64,000 nt of DNA from Azolla caroliniana (Eukaryota > Plantae > Polypodiophyta). Positions 22,802 through 33,996 of the stretch are shown in pieces. The first letter of the stretch is position 1. The number at the start of each line of letters is the position of its first letter. The stretch is from NCBI GenBank assembly GCA_043228905.1, contig JBHGNT010000002.1, positions 8,618,001-8,682,000 on the forward strand. The letters run 5' to 3'. Made by a program: the position numbers and the translations under genes. The notes under the pieces were generated by a model. It ran no database searches. It was given only the letters and a program-made list of their open reading frames with translations, and had not been told where the DNA came from.

Positions 22802-24928
22802 GTGGTTCCCACCCGACTCACGCAACGATCCGGAGCCAAAAGGCACGACACAGTTGGTGAACCCGACGTGAAGACGGGTGGCAAGGAGATGGAGGCTCAA
22901 CAAGCTAACAATATGATGGCGATGTTCGAACGGATGCTTCAAGAACAACGCACGATGTCGGAGATTTCGGCATCAGTAGAGCGGCTCGTGCAACGCAACG
23001 GGCAATTTAATGGTAAGGATGTGTCGCGATATTTGCAGGACTACAAGGCGGAGATGCTCCGGTGCTGGGCTTCGGAAGGACTGCAAGTGACATCCTTTAA
23101 CCGGGTGGCGACCGACGGGCTTCAAGGGAGTATCCACGGGTTGCAACAACAAAATCCGACGTGGGAAGCATTCGAAGAGGCGTTAAAGACCACGTTTGCC
23201 ATCGAGGACTCCTCCAAGGCAACGCGGAGGGGATTCGAGGATTGGGTGGAAACGTCAGGTAAGGGGCTGAAGGTCCTCGAAGTGTTTTCGACATTCGAAA
23301 GTCGGTTCGGGAGGTTGTCCGCGAGAGATCAAACTATTCTTGCACCGGACAAAGTCATCATGTTTTTGCGAGCTGTGGACGTCCGGGACCGGAAAGATAT
23401 CGGAGTGCTTCTTGAGGACACGACCACCGAAAGCGGCCTCACCGAAACATGGGAAAGCGTGCGGGATATCGTCGCGCGGTACACGAAGAGGGGGCAATGG
23501 CTTGCCAACGAAGAAAAGAGGGTTTCGGAACCGATTCCGAAACCGAGAACGGGACTGGAAGACCATCAACCGAGGGCTCGGGAGATTACGGCCGAGAAGG
23601 GAGTCGACGCGTCTACGGTGGAGCAGCTGCTGAAGGAGATGGAGAATCTAAAGATCGCGATGGTGAAGAAGTCGGATGACCGCCCCACAAGCTCCAAATA
23701 TACGGATCGACGGTGCATATGGTGCGATAGCGCCGAACACGATCGGAGGGATTGCGACGACCATAAGGAGGCGCTACGACGGGATCTCATCTACTACGAG
23801 GGAAACCGGATTCATTCGATGGACTCTCGGAAGCCACTCCGACCGAACTTCCGGAAAGGCGGCATGAAGAAGGTGCTCGAGGAGGAGTTAGCGGCAAGAA
23901 GCAACTATGCGACAACCGCGGGAATATGTGTCGGGGAGTCATCGGGAGCGAAGGCGTCTTTCTGGCCGGAGGTGCTAGGAAACACCGAGAAAACCGACTC
24001 CAACGATATCCGAAACACCGCGGAAGGCGTCCGGGAAGCTACGGGATGGGAGTGTCCTGTCGACAAGAATAGCATATATGCCCTGTGTCAATTACATGAG
24101 GTGTATGTGGACGAGAAACGACGGCGCACGGAGGATGCGGCCGGACCATCGAAGATACCGGAAAGCTGGAACTCCGGAGGTAAGGGAAAAGAAAAGGCGA
24201 CTTCGGCATTCAAGCTCGCCTCGGACATAGAACAACAAACCGACTTGAAAAGAGTGTTCGAGGAAAGAATCTTGGATAGCCGGGTAGATTTTTCGCTGCG
24301 GGAACTACTCGGAATAGCGAAGAAGGAGTTTCACGATCTTCTCGTGGATCTCGTGAAAAGGAAGAGACAAAGTACGGAGGAAAATGCTCCAAGGGTGAAT
24401 GCAAATACCGTTTCAATGAACGACACCGAAGTGGAAGGCGAAATTCTGAACTCCCACTATACAAGGCCACACTGGGCACGTGCGACTACGGAGACTCCGG
24501 TCCGAATCGGCAACATCAAAGAACCCGTGCTAGCATTGATTGATCACGGATCGGAGATCAACTTGATGTCCAAGGAGTTCTACCGAAAGGGGAAGTGGCC
24601 TATAAACACCAACCATGGATGGAAGATTCGGGCAGCCACGAAAACGACAGAAGACCTATTTGCGTCTTGTCCGGATGTGACGGTAAAGATCGGGGATGTC
24701 GAAATTGACCAAAATTTCTTTGTGCAGGATGAGGTTTCACATTCTGTCATCCTCGGCCAACCCTTTATCACGGCTTCACGGATGGAGACGAAGGTGCTCG
24801 ATAGTGGTGCGGCTTTTGCGCGAATTCGGAGCCAAAACGGAGGGAAATCCGTCCAATTCCTAACGGTGCCGGCAAATCACGAAAGGAACAAGAGGGAACT
24901 CTTGTCCCAAGTGAGAATGGATTTTTAA
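22802..24928 (+). CDS. Gag-protease ORF
   Basis: CIWCDSAEHDRRDC knuckle; protease ALIDHGSEINLM...ILGQPF; the true start is probably a downstream ATG. Confidence 0.88.
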   Translation: MVPTRLTQRSGAKRHDTVGEPDVKTGGKEMEAQQANNMMAMFERMLQEQRTMSEISASVERLVQRNGQFNGKDVSRYLQDYKAEMLRCWASEGLQVTSFNRVATDGLQGSIHGLQQQNPTWEAFEEALKTTFAIEDSSKATRRGFEDWVETSGKGLKVLEVFSTFESRFGRLSARDQTILAPDKVIMFLRAVDVRDRKDIGVLLEDTTTESGLTETWESVRDIVARYTKRGQWLANEEKRVSEPIPKPRTGLEDHQPRAREITAEKGVDASTVEQLLKEMENLKIAMVKKSDDRPTSSKYTDRRCIWCDSAEHDRRDCDDHKEALRRDLIYYEGNRIHSMDSRKPLRPNFRKGGMKKVLEEELAARSNYATTAGICVGESSGAKASFWPEVLGNTEKTDSNDIRNTAEGVREATGWECPVDKNSIYALCQLHEVYVDEKRRRTEDAAGPSKIPESWNSGGKGKEKATSAFKLASDIEQQTDLKRVFEERILDSRVDFSLRELLGIAKKEFHDLLVDLVKRKRQSTEENAPRVNANTVSMNDTEVEGEILNSHYTRPHWARATTETPVRIGNIKEPVLALIDHGSEINLMSKEFYRKGKWPINTNHGWKIRAATKTTEDLFASCPDVTVKIGDVEIDQNFFVQDEVSHSVILGQPFITASRMETKVLDSGAAFARIRSQNGGKSVQFLTVPANHERNKRELLSQVRMDF

Positions 24929-27900
24929 AGCGGACTGTTGCGGAGTGGGGAAGTGATAGTCCGAGAAGCCCTGATACCCCACACAGGAAGAAAACTCTCG
25001 GAGCAAAACAAGTACGAATCGGCCCGGATGGGGCATCTACGTACACGACCGTAACCGGAGGAATGAAGAAACAATACCGACAAGTGGAGGATAAGTTACG
25101 GTCGGCATCAATAATAAAAGAAGACGAAGAAATCGTGGGAGTGATCGAGGAAGTGTTCTATGGGAATACACTACAACGGCTTGAAGAGCTTGCGGAAGAT
25201 AAAAGCCAAGGGAACTGGGTAGTCCCGGTGGAATCGGTCGAGATGTACGAGATCGTTGCGAAAATGGGGCCGGATGCGCTCCGCAAAGAAGAAGCAATGG
25301 TAAGTACGAAATACAAGACCGTGGAGAAGAAGGTGAAACCGGCCGCGGGACCACTACCCGCCGATAGCGAACAAAAGAAGAAAGAAGTCTCGGGAGATCC
25401 GACACTTCGGAAGTCCGTGGATATCGGACATGCCTTCACAGATGAGACCCGGAAGAAACTTCGGATCGGTGGAGGTGGGTTCCTCTTACAAGAAGAAGAA
25501 AAACGGTTTCGAGAGATGTTGGAGCAACATGGCAAAGCATTCGCGTTCACATCGAGGGAGATCGGATGCATTGATCCAAAGATAGTGGAGCCGATGGTGA
25601 TTTTCACGATTGATCATGTACCGTGGAACCTGAAGCCGATTCCGGTGCCACGGGCGCATATTCCGAAAGTCATCGACTTGCTCAAGGAGAAGGTGGCGAT
25701 GGGGATTCTAGAGCCATCAAGTGCTCCGTACTCAAATCGATGGTTTACGGTTCCGAAGAAGAATGGGTCACTCCGATTCATCCAAGACTTGCAACCGGTG
25801 AACAAGGTCACGATCCGGAACTCGGGAGTCGGTCCGATAGTGGACGAATTCGCGGAAGCTTTTGCCGGACGTGCGATATACTCCATCGGGGACCTATACT
25901 CGGGGTATGACCAATTCCAACTAGCCGTGGAGAGCCGAGACATCACTACCATGCGGACACCGATAGGACTAGTTCGAATGTGCACACTACCACAAGGAGC
26001 GACAAACTCGGTTGCACATATGATGAACGCGATGAACAAGGTGCTTCGAGATTGCATCCCGGAGATAACGATGCCGTTTCTAGATGACATTCCGATGAAA
26101 GGATGCGCGGTGGAAGAAAAAGATGAGACTATGGATGATCGGGGATGCCGAAAGTTCGTGGTCGACCATATTCATGATTGCGAGAAAGTGTTGCGAAAGC
26201 TAGAAGATGTGCACCTAACACTTTCCGGGGAGAAATCGGCATTCGGGCAAGAAGAAATATTGGTGGTCGGACATCTATGTGGACCCTATGGCCGAAGACC
26301 GTCACCAACAAAGATCGATGCGATTCAAGCTATGAAGGAAGTATGTGAGTCAACATCGGAAGTCCGAAGGTTTCTGGGTGCGTGTGCATTCTATCACATA
26401 TGGATTCCGCACTATGCACATATAGCGGACCCGCTCTATCACTTGTTGCGGAAAGGTAAGAAATTCGAGTGGAAACTGGAACACACTAAAGCCATGAGGA
26501 AGCTCAAGAAGACACTATGGAGGGCGGAATCACTTAAGAAGCCAAGCTACGAGCGGCCAATCATAGTAACGGTTGATACAAGTCCAACCGGTATCGGGTG
26601 GGTCATCAATCAAGCCGACTCGGATGGTTCGCGGTATCCGATCCGATTTGGAGCAAAGGTCCTCAACGAAAGGCAACGCGGATATGCACAAGTCAAAAGA
26701 GAATTGTGGGGAGTCGTGTCGGTGATAAAATCGGATCGGGATTATTTGATCGGAGCTGAAGTGGTGATCGAGACGGATTGTCTTCCGATACTCGGGATGA
26801 TGCGGTGTTGTACGATACCGGATGTGGCTATGCTAAGGTGGATTGCATATGTCAAGTCACTTAATCCGGAGGTTCGACACATCTCGGGGAAGGACAACGC
26901 GGTAGCGGACATGTTATCGAGGGCGCGGTTTGAAGACGACATAACCGAATCAGATAATGAAGAAGTTTCCGAAGACTACTTCACGTCAGAACACATATGC
27001 CGAGTGAACGTGATCCGAGAATTCCGGGAAGAAGAATACGAGGGGGAAACCTTGATGATCGGGAAGATGCTACAAGAGGTCGAGGATTCAACCAATGATA
27101 AAGAAAGGAGAGCCGAGATCCGAAGGATGAAGAGGCAAGTCCAAAAGTTCTTCTTGGAAAACGGTTTAATATGGAGGACGCCGAAAAGACCGGATGGGAT
27201 ACCACTTCGAGTAGTCGGTGTTGGAGGCAAAGTCGTCAGTGCGGAAGATCAAGAAGCATTCGATCGTTTCTGAATACCTGCGTATGACAGTTTCTATGTC
27301 GTTGCACAGAGAGAGAGAGAGAGAGAGAGGCACAAAAGATTTTCTTATTCCACAAAGCAATAATACAACAACCAACCTTACAAAAAGGTTACAAGGTCAC
27401 TATATATAGTGACCGACTTAGGGCAACTACCCTTTATGCTAATTACATAAATGGCCAAAACGGGATAGTGTGAATACGTCCATTATACACATGTATTCGA
27501 CACTCCCCCGTAATGGGCGTATACATGGGTTATCTAAGATTACAGGTATAGACTTGGGTTCTCGGACATATCCGCTTTGTTCGAGTCGGCAGGGTCCGAA
27601 GGCAGAAGACCGAACTGGTCGGGTCGGAACAGTTGAAGCCGATCATTAAGAAACTGATGTCGGTTGTCGGGAACCATCCTGCTCTGTGTCCGGCTCTAAC
27701 CGGACTGGTTTGTCGTTACGCCCATCTGATGCCGAAGAGACCGAAAACGGTCTGCCGAAAGACACTTGGTCATTCCATCTGCGACATTGTCGGTTGTGGA
27801 TATTTTCTCTAGACCGATTTTCCCTGAAATGACGCAGTCCCGAACGAAGTGATATCGAACGTCGATATGTTTGGAGGCGTTGTGGTGAACCGGATTTTTC

Positions 27901-30900
27901 GACAGGGCAACAACACCTTGACTGTCGCTATAGACAACTGGAGCCGAGTCATGGTCGACTTGTCGAAACGTGTGCGCCAGTCGACCGAGCCACAAAGCTT
28001 CTTTTGCTGCGTCGGATGCAGCTACATATTCTGCTTCGGTCGTTGAGGTCGTTGTGCATTCCTGAAGTTTCGACTTCCACGAGATTGCTCCATTGCCGAA
28101 TTTGAAGCAGTATCCGGTTGTTGATTTCCGACTGTCTATACAGCCGGCGAAATCCGAGTCGGTGTAACCGACTACGCCTGAGGTTCGGTTCGGACCGAAA
28201 AGAATGCCATGGTCTTTTGTGCCAGCCAGATATCTGAACACATGCTTGACTGCGTTCCAATGCGATCGGCCAGGATTGTGCATAAATCTGCTAACGACTC
28301 CTACGGCGTGAGAGATATCAGGCCGTGTCGCGACCATCAGGTACATAAGGGAGCCGACTGCCGGTGCATACGGTACCGACTTCATATCTTCCCCCTCCGG
28401 ACCGGATGTCGGGCAGTCTCGCTGAGAGAGCCGAAGATTCATGGGGAGCGGGGTTGAAGCAGATTTGGCTGATTGCATGTTGAAGCGTTCCAAGACACGT
28501 CCGATATAGTCGGTCTGAGACAAAAAAAGATGTCGTTTATCGCGATGCCGACTAATCTTCATGCCGAGTATGTGTCGTGCCGGACCGAGGTCCTTCATTG
28601 CAAACTTCAACCGCAGTTGCCGAATGAGATCGGCAAGTTCGCCCGCGTGGCGTCCAGAAATTAGCATGTCGTCCACGTAAATGATGAGGAAGATGGGTGA
28701 TCCATCTTGAGCTGTGTTGGTGAAGAGACAATGGTCCTCATCGCTTTTGGAGAAGCCGATCGATTGGATGAAGTCGTCGAACTTCTTGTACCATTGTCGC
28801 GGTGCCTGTTTGAGGCCGTATAGACTCTTCCTGAGTCGGCAGACTAGATGTTCTTGGCCAGGTGCCACGAAGCCTTTTGGCTGCTCCATATAAATTTCTT
28901 CCTCGAGATCACCATGGAGGAAGGCTGTTTTGACATCTAGCTGAATCAGCTCCAAGTTGTCGGCTGCCACGACGCCGAGCAGAAAACGAAGGGTTGTCAT
29001 TTTCACCACTGGTGAAAAAATCTCGTCGAAGTCGACGCCATATTCTTGTCGGAAGCCCTTCGCAACTAATCTGGCCTTGTACTTTGGGGTGGTCGAATCA
29101 GACGTCTCTTTTAGTCGATAAACCCACTTGCAAGGAAGAGCACGTCGGTTCCTAGGTAATTCGACCAGATCCCAAGTCTTGTTTGCCCGAATGGAGTGCA
29201 TTTCCGACTCCATCGCCAGATGCCAGGTGGCGGAATCGACAGATGTCGATGCTTCTTCGTAAGACGTCGGTTCGCCGGCGTCGGTGAAGAAAATTCCAGG
29301 AGAATACCTCTCCGGAGGTTGCGACAGTCTCTCGGATCGTCGAGGTATGAGTGGACTGGTCGCATCGGGTATCGAGGTCGGATGGTCCGAAAGCGGATTG
29401 TTCTGCTGTGCCGAGTCGGAGTTGTCCGAGTCGGTAGTGTAAGGTTGAGCTACCCGTGAAGCTGACCATGTGTTGAGAGCGGGGCCTTCTTGAAGGGTCG
29501 GCACATCGGAAAATGTTACCCTTCGGACTTCGATCGGTTTTTCGACTGATGGATTCATAGCCGACTCGTTGAACACAACGTCCGAACTTCGAACGATTTG
29601 CCTGCGTTCGGGGTCCCAGAGTCGGTATCCCATTTCGCCGTCGGATCCATATCCAAGGAAAATGCATTTCCTGGACCGAGGTGCAAGTTTTCGGCGATCA
29701 TCTTTCGGAATAAGGGCGTACGCCTCGCATCCGAAGATCCTCAGCTTGTCGTAATTCGGCTTACTGCCGATCCATAGTTCCTGAGGAATTTGAAGTCCTA
29801 GAGGTCTACTTGGCGACATATTGATTATGTGTACTGCCGTGAGTAGAGCCTCTGCCCAGAAGCCATCCGACAGTCCGGAGTGTTGGAGCATGGAAACTAT
29901 CCGTTCTTGGATTGTTCGATTCATGCGTTCGGCAATCCCGTTTTGCTCCGGGCTGTGTGGTGCCATAAATTCACGTCGGATGCCGCGTTGTCGGCAGAAT
30001 TTGACGAATTCCTCGGATTTGAACTCTCCCCCATTGTCTGTCCGAAGGCATTTCAGCTTTCGGTCGGTTTGATTTTCTACCATAGCGAGCCAATCGGTGA
30101 AGATCGAGAAGACCCGATCTTTGGTGCGAATTGGATAAGCCCACACCTTTCGAGTCGAATCGTCAATAAAAGTGACGAAGTGAGAGGCACCGCCGAGAGA
30201 CTGATGCGGCATTGGGCCACAGACGTCCGAATGGACCAAATCAAGAGGTCTCGTTTCTCTTGGTGCTGATGTCGGGTGTGATGCGGCTACTTGTTTGCCA
30301 TACTGGCAATGCTCGCAGAATTGATGGTCCGAGAAGGAGAGTTTGGGGATGTATCCGGCTCTAGATAGGTGCGTGATGCCGGCCTTGCTGAGGTGTCCTA
30401 ATCTTCGGTGCCATAGTGATGACACAGGAATATCCACCAAAAATAGGTTACCCTCTCTGAGCGTAACATGTAACGGATACAGTGAGTGTATCTTGGGTCC
30501 TCTAGCAAGCAGGAGGTTCCCCCTGTGGAGTGTCCACCCTCCCGAAGAAAAACCGGCACGAATGCCGTCTTCATCTAGTTGTCCGACTGAGATCAATGGC
30601 CTTGAGAGCTCGGGTACATGTCGGACATTGTGGAGTACAAGTGTAGAGCCACCTGCAAGGTTGAGCTCTACTGTGCCGATTCCGATGATGTCACAGTGTT
30701 GTGAGTTGCCGACTCGAACTGAGTCGGAGTGACGGATCGTATATTGCCGAAATTGGGATCGATGAGGAGTCACGTGAAATGACGCGCCCGAATCTAAGAG
30801 CCATGTGCTCGACTCTTCAGTCGTGAGTAGAACTTCTGATCCGACTGGATTTTCGATTGATAGTATATTCGGGTCGTCCGGTAGTACATCAGCTGAGAAG

Positions 30901-33900
30901 CTGACGTAATTGATCTCCTCATGCCGGCCACTCTTCTTGTTGTTCTTGTTCTTGAGTGCGCGGCAGTCGGCTTTGATGTGTCCGGGTTTCTTGCAGTAGT
31001 TGCAGATTCGGTTATCCCGTGACTGGCTCCGTCTTCGCTGATTGTTCGGCGGTCGTGAGGAATCTCTTCCTCGTATGTTCGATCGGTCTGTCGAACCTTG
31101 TACTACATAAGCGTCTTCTGTTGAGTCTTTGGCGAAAGACTTTCTCCGAGCTGCTTCGGTCAGGATCGCGCTCGTGACTTCGGAGTATTTAACAGCCGTG
31201 GTTGACGCGTTGCACACGGTTGTGACGAAAGTTTCCCATGATGAGGGAAGGCTGCTCATGAGTATCATTGCTCTGAGTTCATCCTCGATTGCCGTCCCCT
31301 GTGACGAGATTTGGGAGCTTATGCTTTCGTACTCATTGAGGTGTGCTTGAACCGAATCGGATTCTTTCATCCGCAAGTTGTAGAGGCGCCGGATCAGAAA
31401 CATCTTCGTTGCAGCGACCTTCTTTTCGTAAGTGTCCGACAGTGTTTTCCACAGTTCGAATGCTGTCGTACACGATTGCACCGTAAAGTATACCGATTCC
31501 GATAGGTGCATCCGAATCGTGGCGCGGACGATTCTGTCCAGCTTCTGCCACTCAATTGGTTTGTATCCTTCTGGAGGTTCTTCATTTTCGATGGGATCGA
31601 TTTGCCCCTTGACTATGAGATAGTCCTGCATTTGTTCCTTCCAGAAGTTGAAGTTCGATCCATCGAACTTGCGTAGACTCATTTCTGACGAGCCGGATGT
31701 TGATGCCATCAAATTTGGTTTCGGTTGACGAAGCTCGGTTCGGAGTTGACTACGAACCTTGTTGGAGTGCAGCCGGTTGGCTCACCCGATATCGTTCTAG
31801 TCGGATTTGAATCCGAGTCGGTTCGGCTTCGGAACTTGCTTGAATTGACTCCGGTAGCTTGAGGGACAGAACCGACTGGTCTTCCCGAATGTTGCCGAGT
31901 CGGAGTGAGCCCGGTTCGCTTCGGATATATATGCCGAATACCGATTATTAAAACCGATTATCTGGACCGATTTTGCTTCGGTTGACTGCAACAACGAGAG
32001 AGACGGATCCAACTGATCCTCCCGAATGTCGATCAGCCAGATGAAGCACGAGTTTGGGGTTGTTGTCCTAAGACCGATCTGCACCGAGTGGTTACAACGA
32101 GCAGCGAGCAGCGTTTAATGACCTTTTCGGATGCCGTTTAACCGAATGGAGCACGATCGTGTCAATGATGCACAAGGGGATTTCACCTCGAGCGGTTACG
32201 ATCACAAGGAACAGAGTACAACCTGATGGCTTACTCCAAGCAAGAGGATCTAACGCGATGAGGTGCAAACCTCGTTTTTGTTCTTCTTCTCTCTTTCTTC
32301 GAATGACGCGAATACTGTGCAGGCCGTGATGAAGTGAAGAACCGAATGCTGTGCAGGCGGTGATGACAGCCGAACCTTTGCTCTGATACCAGATGTTGGA
32401 GGCAAAGTCGTCAGTGCGGAAGATCAAGAAGCATTCGATCGTTTCTGAATACCTGCGTATGACAGTTTCTATGTCGTTGCACAGAGAGAGAGAGAGAGAG
32501 AGAGAGGCACAAAAGATTTTCTTATTCCACAAAGCAATAATACAACAACCAACCTTACAAAAAGGTTACAAGGTCACTATATATAGTGACCGACTTAGGG
32601 CAACTACCCTTTATGCTAATTACATAAATGGCCAAAACGGGATAGTGTGAATACGTCCATTATACACATGTATTCGACAGTCGGGACGAAAGAGCAACGA
32701 AACCGGATAATGTCCGAGTTCCACGAATCCGATTGGGCTGGACATCGAGGAACATGGGCAACTTTTGTGAAAATCAAGCAAAGATATTGGTGGAAGAACA
32801 TGTATAAAGATGTCGCGGAGTTCACAGAAAGCTGCGAGAAATGTCAAGTCTACTCCGGGGTCCGACACCGAGATGAGCTGCATCCGACATTCTCACCGAC
32901 AATCAACTTCAAGTGGATGGTCGACATTGTAGCTATGCCGACCGGGATTGGACAAAAGAAATACTTGGTGTTAGCTCGAGAAGATCTCACAAACCAAGTT
33001 GAAGGTCGGGCGCTTCGGAGGAAAACGTGTGCCGCGGTGTGCCAATTTCTTTTGGAAGAAGTGTTTTGTAGGTACGGCTGCGTAGGACAAGTGATTGCGG
33101 ACCGGGGAGAACTCGACTCGGACAAAGCTAGGGGATTCTTCGCCAAACATGGAGTTCGGTTAACGTTGACAACGGCCTACAATCCGGAGGCCAACGGGAA
33201 GATCGAACGAGGACATAGTCCGATCGTGAAAGCACTTGCGAAGGCATGCGACGGAAGGGTGAAGGATTGGCCACAAATGCTTCCGTATGCACTATGGGCG
33301 GATCGGACGACGCATAGCTCCGTGACCGGTTACATGCCGGCAGAACTCATGACCGGACAAGCACCGGTAATGCCAACGGAAACCGCAATCGCGACATGGA
33401 CAATACTACCGTGGAAGGAAGAGATGAGCCGGGAAGAACTACTAGCGGTCCGGATACGACAACTGGAGGGAAGACCGAAAGATGTAGCGGAAGCGTCACG
33501 CCGACAACAAGAAGCACGGTTCCGGAACAAAAGCCGGTTCGACACAAAGCACCGACTACGACCGAGGAGGATTGAAGAAGGAGATTGGGTGATCGTCTAT
33601 GATAGTAGCTTGGACCATCAACATACAACGATGCGGAAATTCGCGAAAAGGTGGTTCGGGCCGTACGAGGTTCGGAAGGTCTTCGACAACGGGACGTACC
33701 GACTGTCCGAGTTGGATGGAACAATACTACGAGTGCCTATAGCCGGGAAACGGGTGAAGATTTTCAAGAAGCGGACCGACGACAAACCTTATGTGATCCA
33801 AGTCGAGGCCAACAACGAGGAGCAATCGGACGAAGACCACAATGATGCGGGAAGCGAAGAAAGTGGATTACAACTCATAGTCGACATAAGGGGAGAATCG

Positions 33901-33996
33901 GAGGAACCTTCGGATGAAGACAGATATGAAGAATCAAGAACTTCGGCACATACCGGAGGATGTGCGGGTTTGGAGGGGGCGAGTGTCGTAGTGTAG
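24919..33996 (+). CDS. Pol (RT-RNase H-integrase), -1 frame relative to gag, split by the Copia at 27219-32679
   Basis: LPQGATNS, PFLDDIP, VDTSPTGIG; HxxxxxxH/CxxC and DDE integrase; rejoins in frame as PLRVVG|TKEQRNR once the Copia and one TSD copy are removed. Confidence 0.9.
27219..32679 (-). mobile_element. Intact, young Ty1/Copia retrotransposon
   Basis: LTRs 27219-27502 and 32394-32679 appear identical apart from one GA unit; perfect TSD GTCGG; PBS TGGTATCAGAGC (tRNA-iMet); PPT GGGGGAG. Confidence 0.97.
27696..31712 (-). CDS. Copia Gag-Pol polyprotein (Gag-PR-INT-RT-RH), 1338 aa
   Basis: CNYCKKPGHIKADC, WLLDSGAS, TDNGGEF, IYVDDM and YTDSDFAG in one uninterrupted ORF. Confidence 0.97.
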   Translation of the reverse strand: MMASTSGSSEMSLRKFDGSNFNFWKEQMQDYLIVKGQIDPIENEEPPEGYKPIEWQKLDRIVRATIRMHLSESVYFTVQSCTTAFELWKTLSDTYEKKVAATKMFLIRRLYNLRMKESDSVQAHLNEYESISSQISSQGTAIEDELRAMILMSSLPSSWETFVTTVCNASTTAVKYSEVTSAILTEAARRKSFAKDSTEDAYVVQGSTDRSNIRGRDSSRPPNNQRRRSQSRDNRICNYCKKPGHIKADCRALKNKNNKKSGRHEEINYVSFSADVLPDDPNILSIENPVGSEVLLTTEESSTWLLDSGASFHVTPHRSQFRQYTIRHSDSVRVGNSQHCDIIGIGTVELNLAGGSTLVLHNVRHVPELSRPLISVGQLDEDGIRAGFSSGGWTLHRGNLLLARGPKIHSLYPLHVTLREGNLFLVDIPVSSLWHRRLGHLSKAGITHLSRAGYIPKLSFSDHQFCEHCQYGKQVAASHPTSAPRETRPLDLVHSDVCGPMPHQSLGGASHFVTFIDDSTRKVWAYPIRTKDRVFSIFTDWLAMVENQTDRKLKCLRTDNGGEFKSEEFVKFCRQRGIRREFMAPHSPEQNGIAERMNRTIQERIVSMLQHSGLSDGFWAEALLTAVHIINMSPSRPLGLQIPQELWIGSKPNYDKLRIFGCEAYALIPKDDRRKLAPRSRKCIFLGYGSDGEMGYRLWDPERRQIVRSSDVVFNESAMNPSVEKPIEVRRVTFSDVPTLQEGPALNTWSASRVAQPYTTDSDNSDSAQQNNPLSDHPTSIPDATSPLIPRRSERLSQPPERYSPGIFFTDAGEPTSYEEASTSVDSATWHLAMESEMHSIRANKTWDLVELPRNRRALPCKWVYRLKETSDSTTPKYKARLVAKGFRQEYGVDFDEIFSPVVKMTTLRFLLGVVAADNLELIQLDVKTAFLHGDLEEEIYMEQPKGFVAPGQEHLVCRLRKSLYGLKQAPRQWYKKFDDFIQSIGFSKSDEDHCLFTNTAQDGSPIFLIIYVDDMLISGRHAGELADLIRQLRLKFAMKDLGPARHILGMKISRHRDKRHLFLSQTDYIGRVLERFNMQSAKSASTPLPMNLRLSQRDCPTSGPEGEDMKSVPYAPAVGSLMYLMVATRPDISHAVGVVSRFMHNPGRSHWNAVKHVFRYLAGTKDHGILFGPNRTSGVVGYTDSDFAGCIDSRKSTTGYCFKFGNGAISWKSKLQECTTTSTTEAEYVAASDAAKEALWLGRLAHTFRQVDHDSAPVVYSDSQGVVALSKNPVHHNASKHIDVRYHFVRDCVISGKIGLEKISTTDNVADGMTKCLSADRFRSLRHQMGVTTNQSG

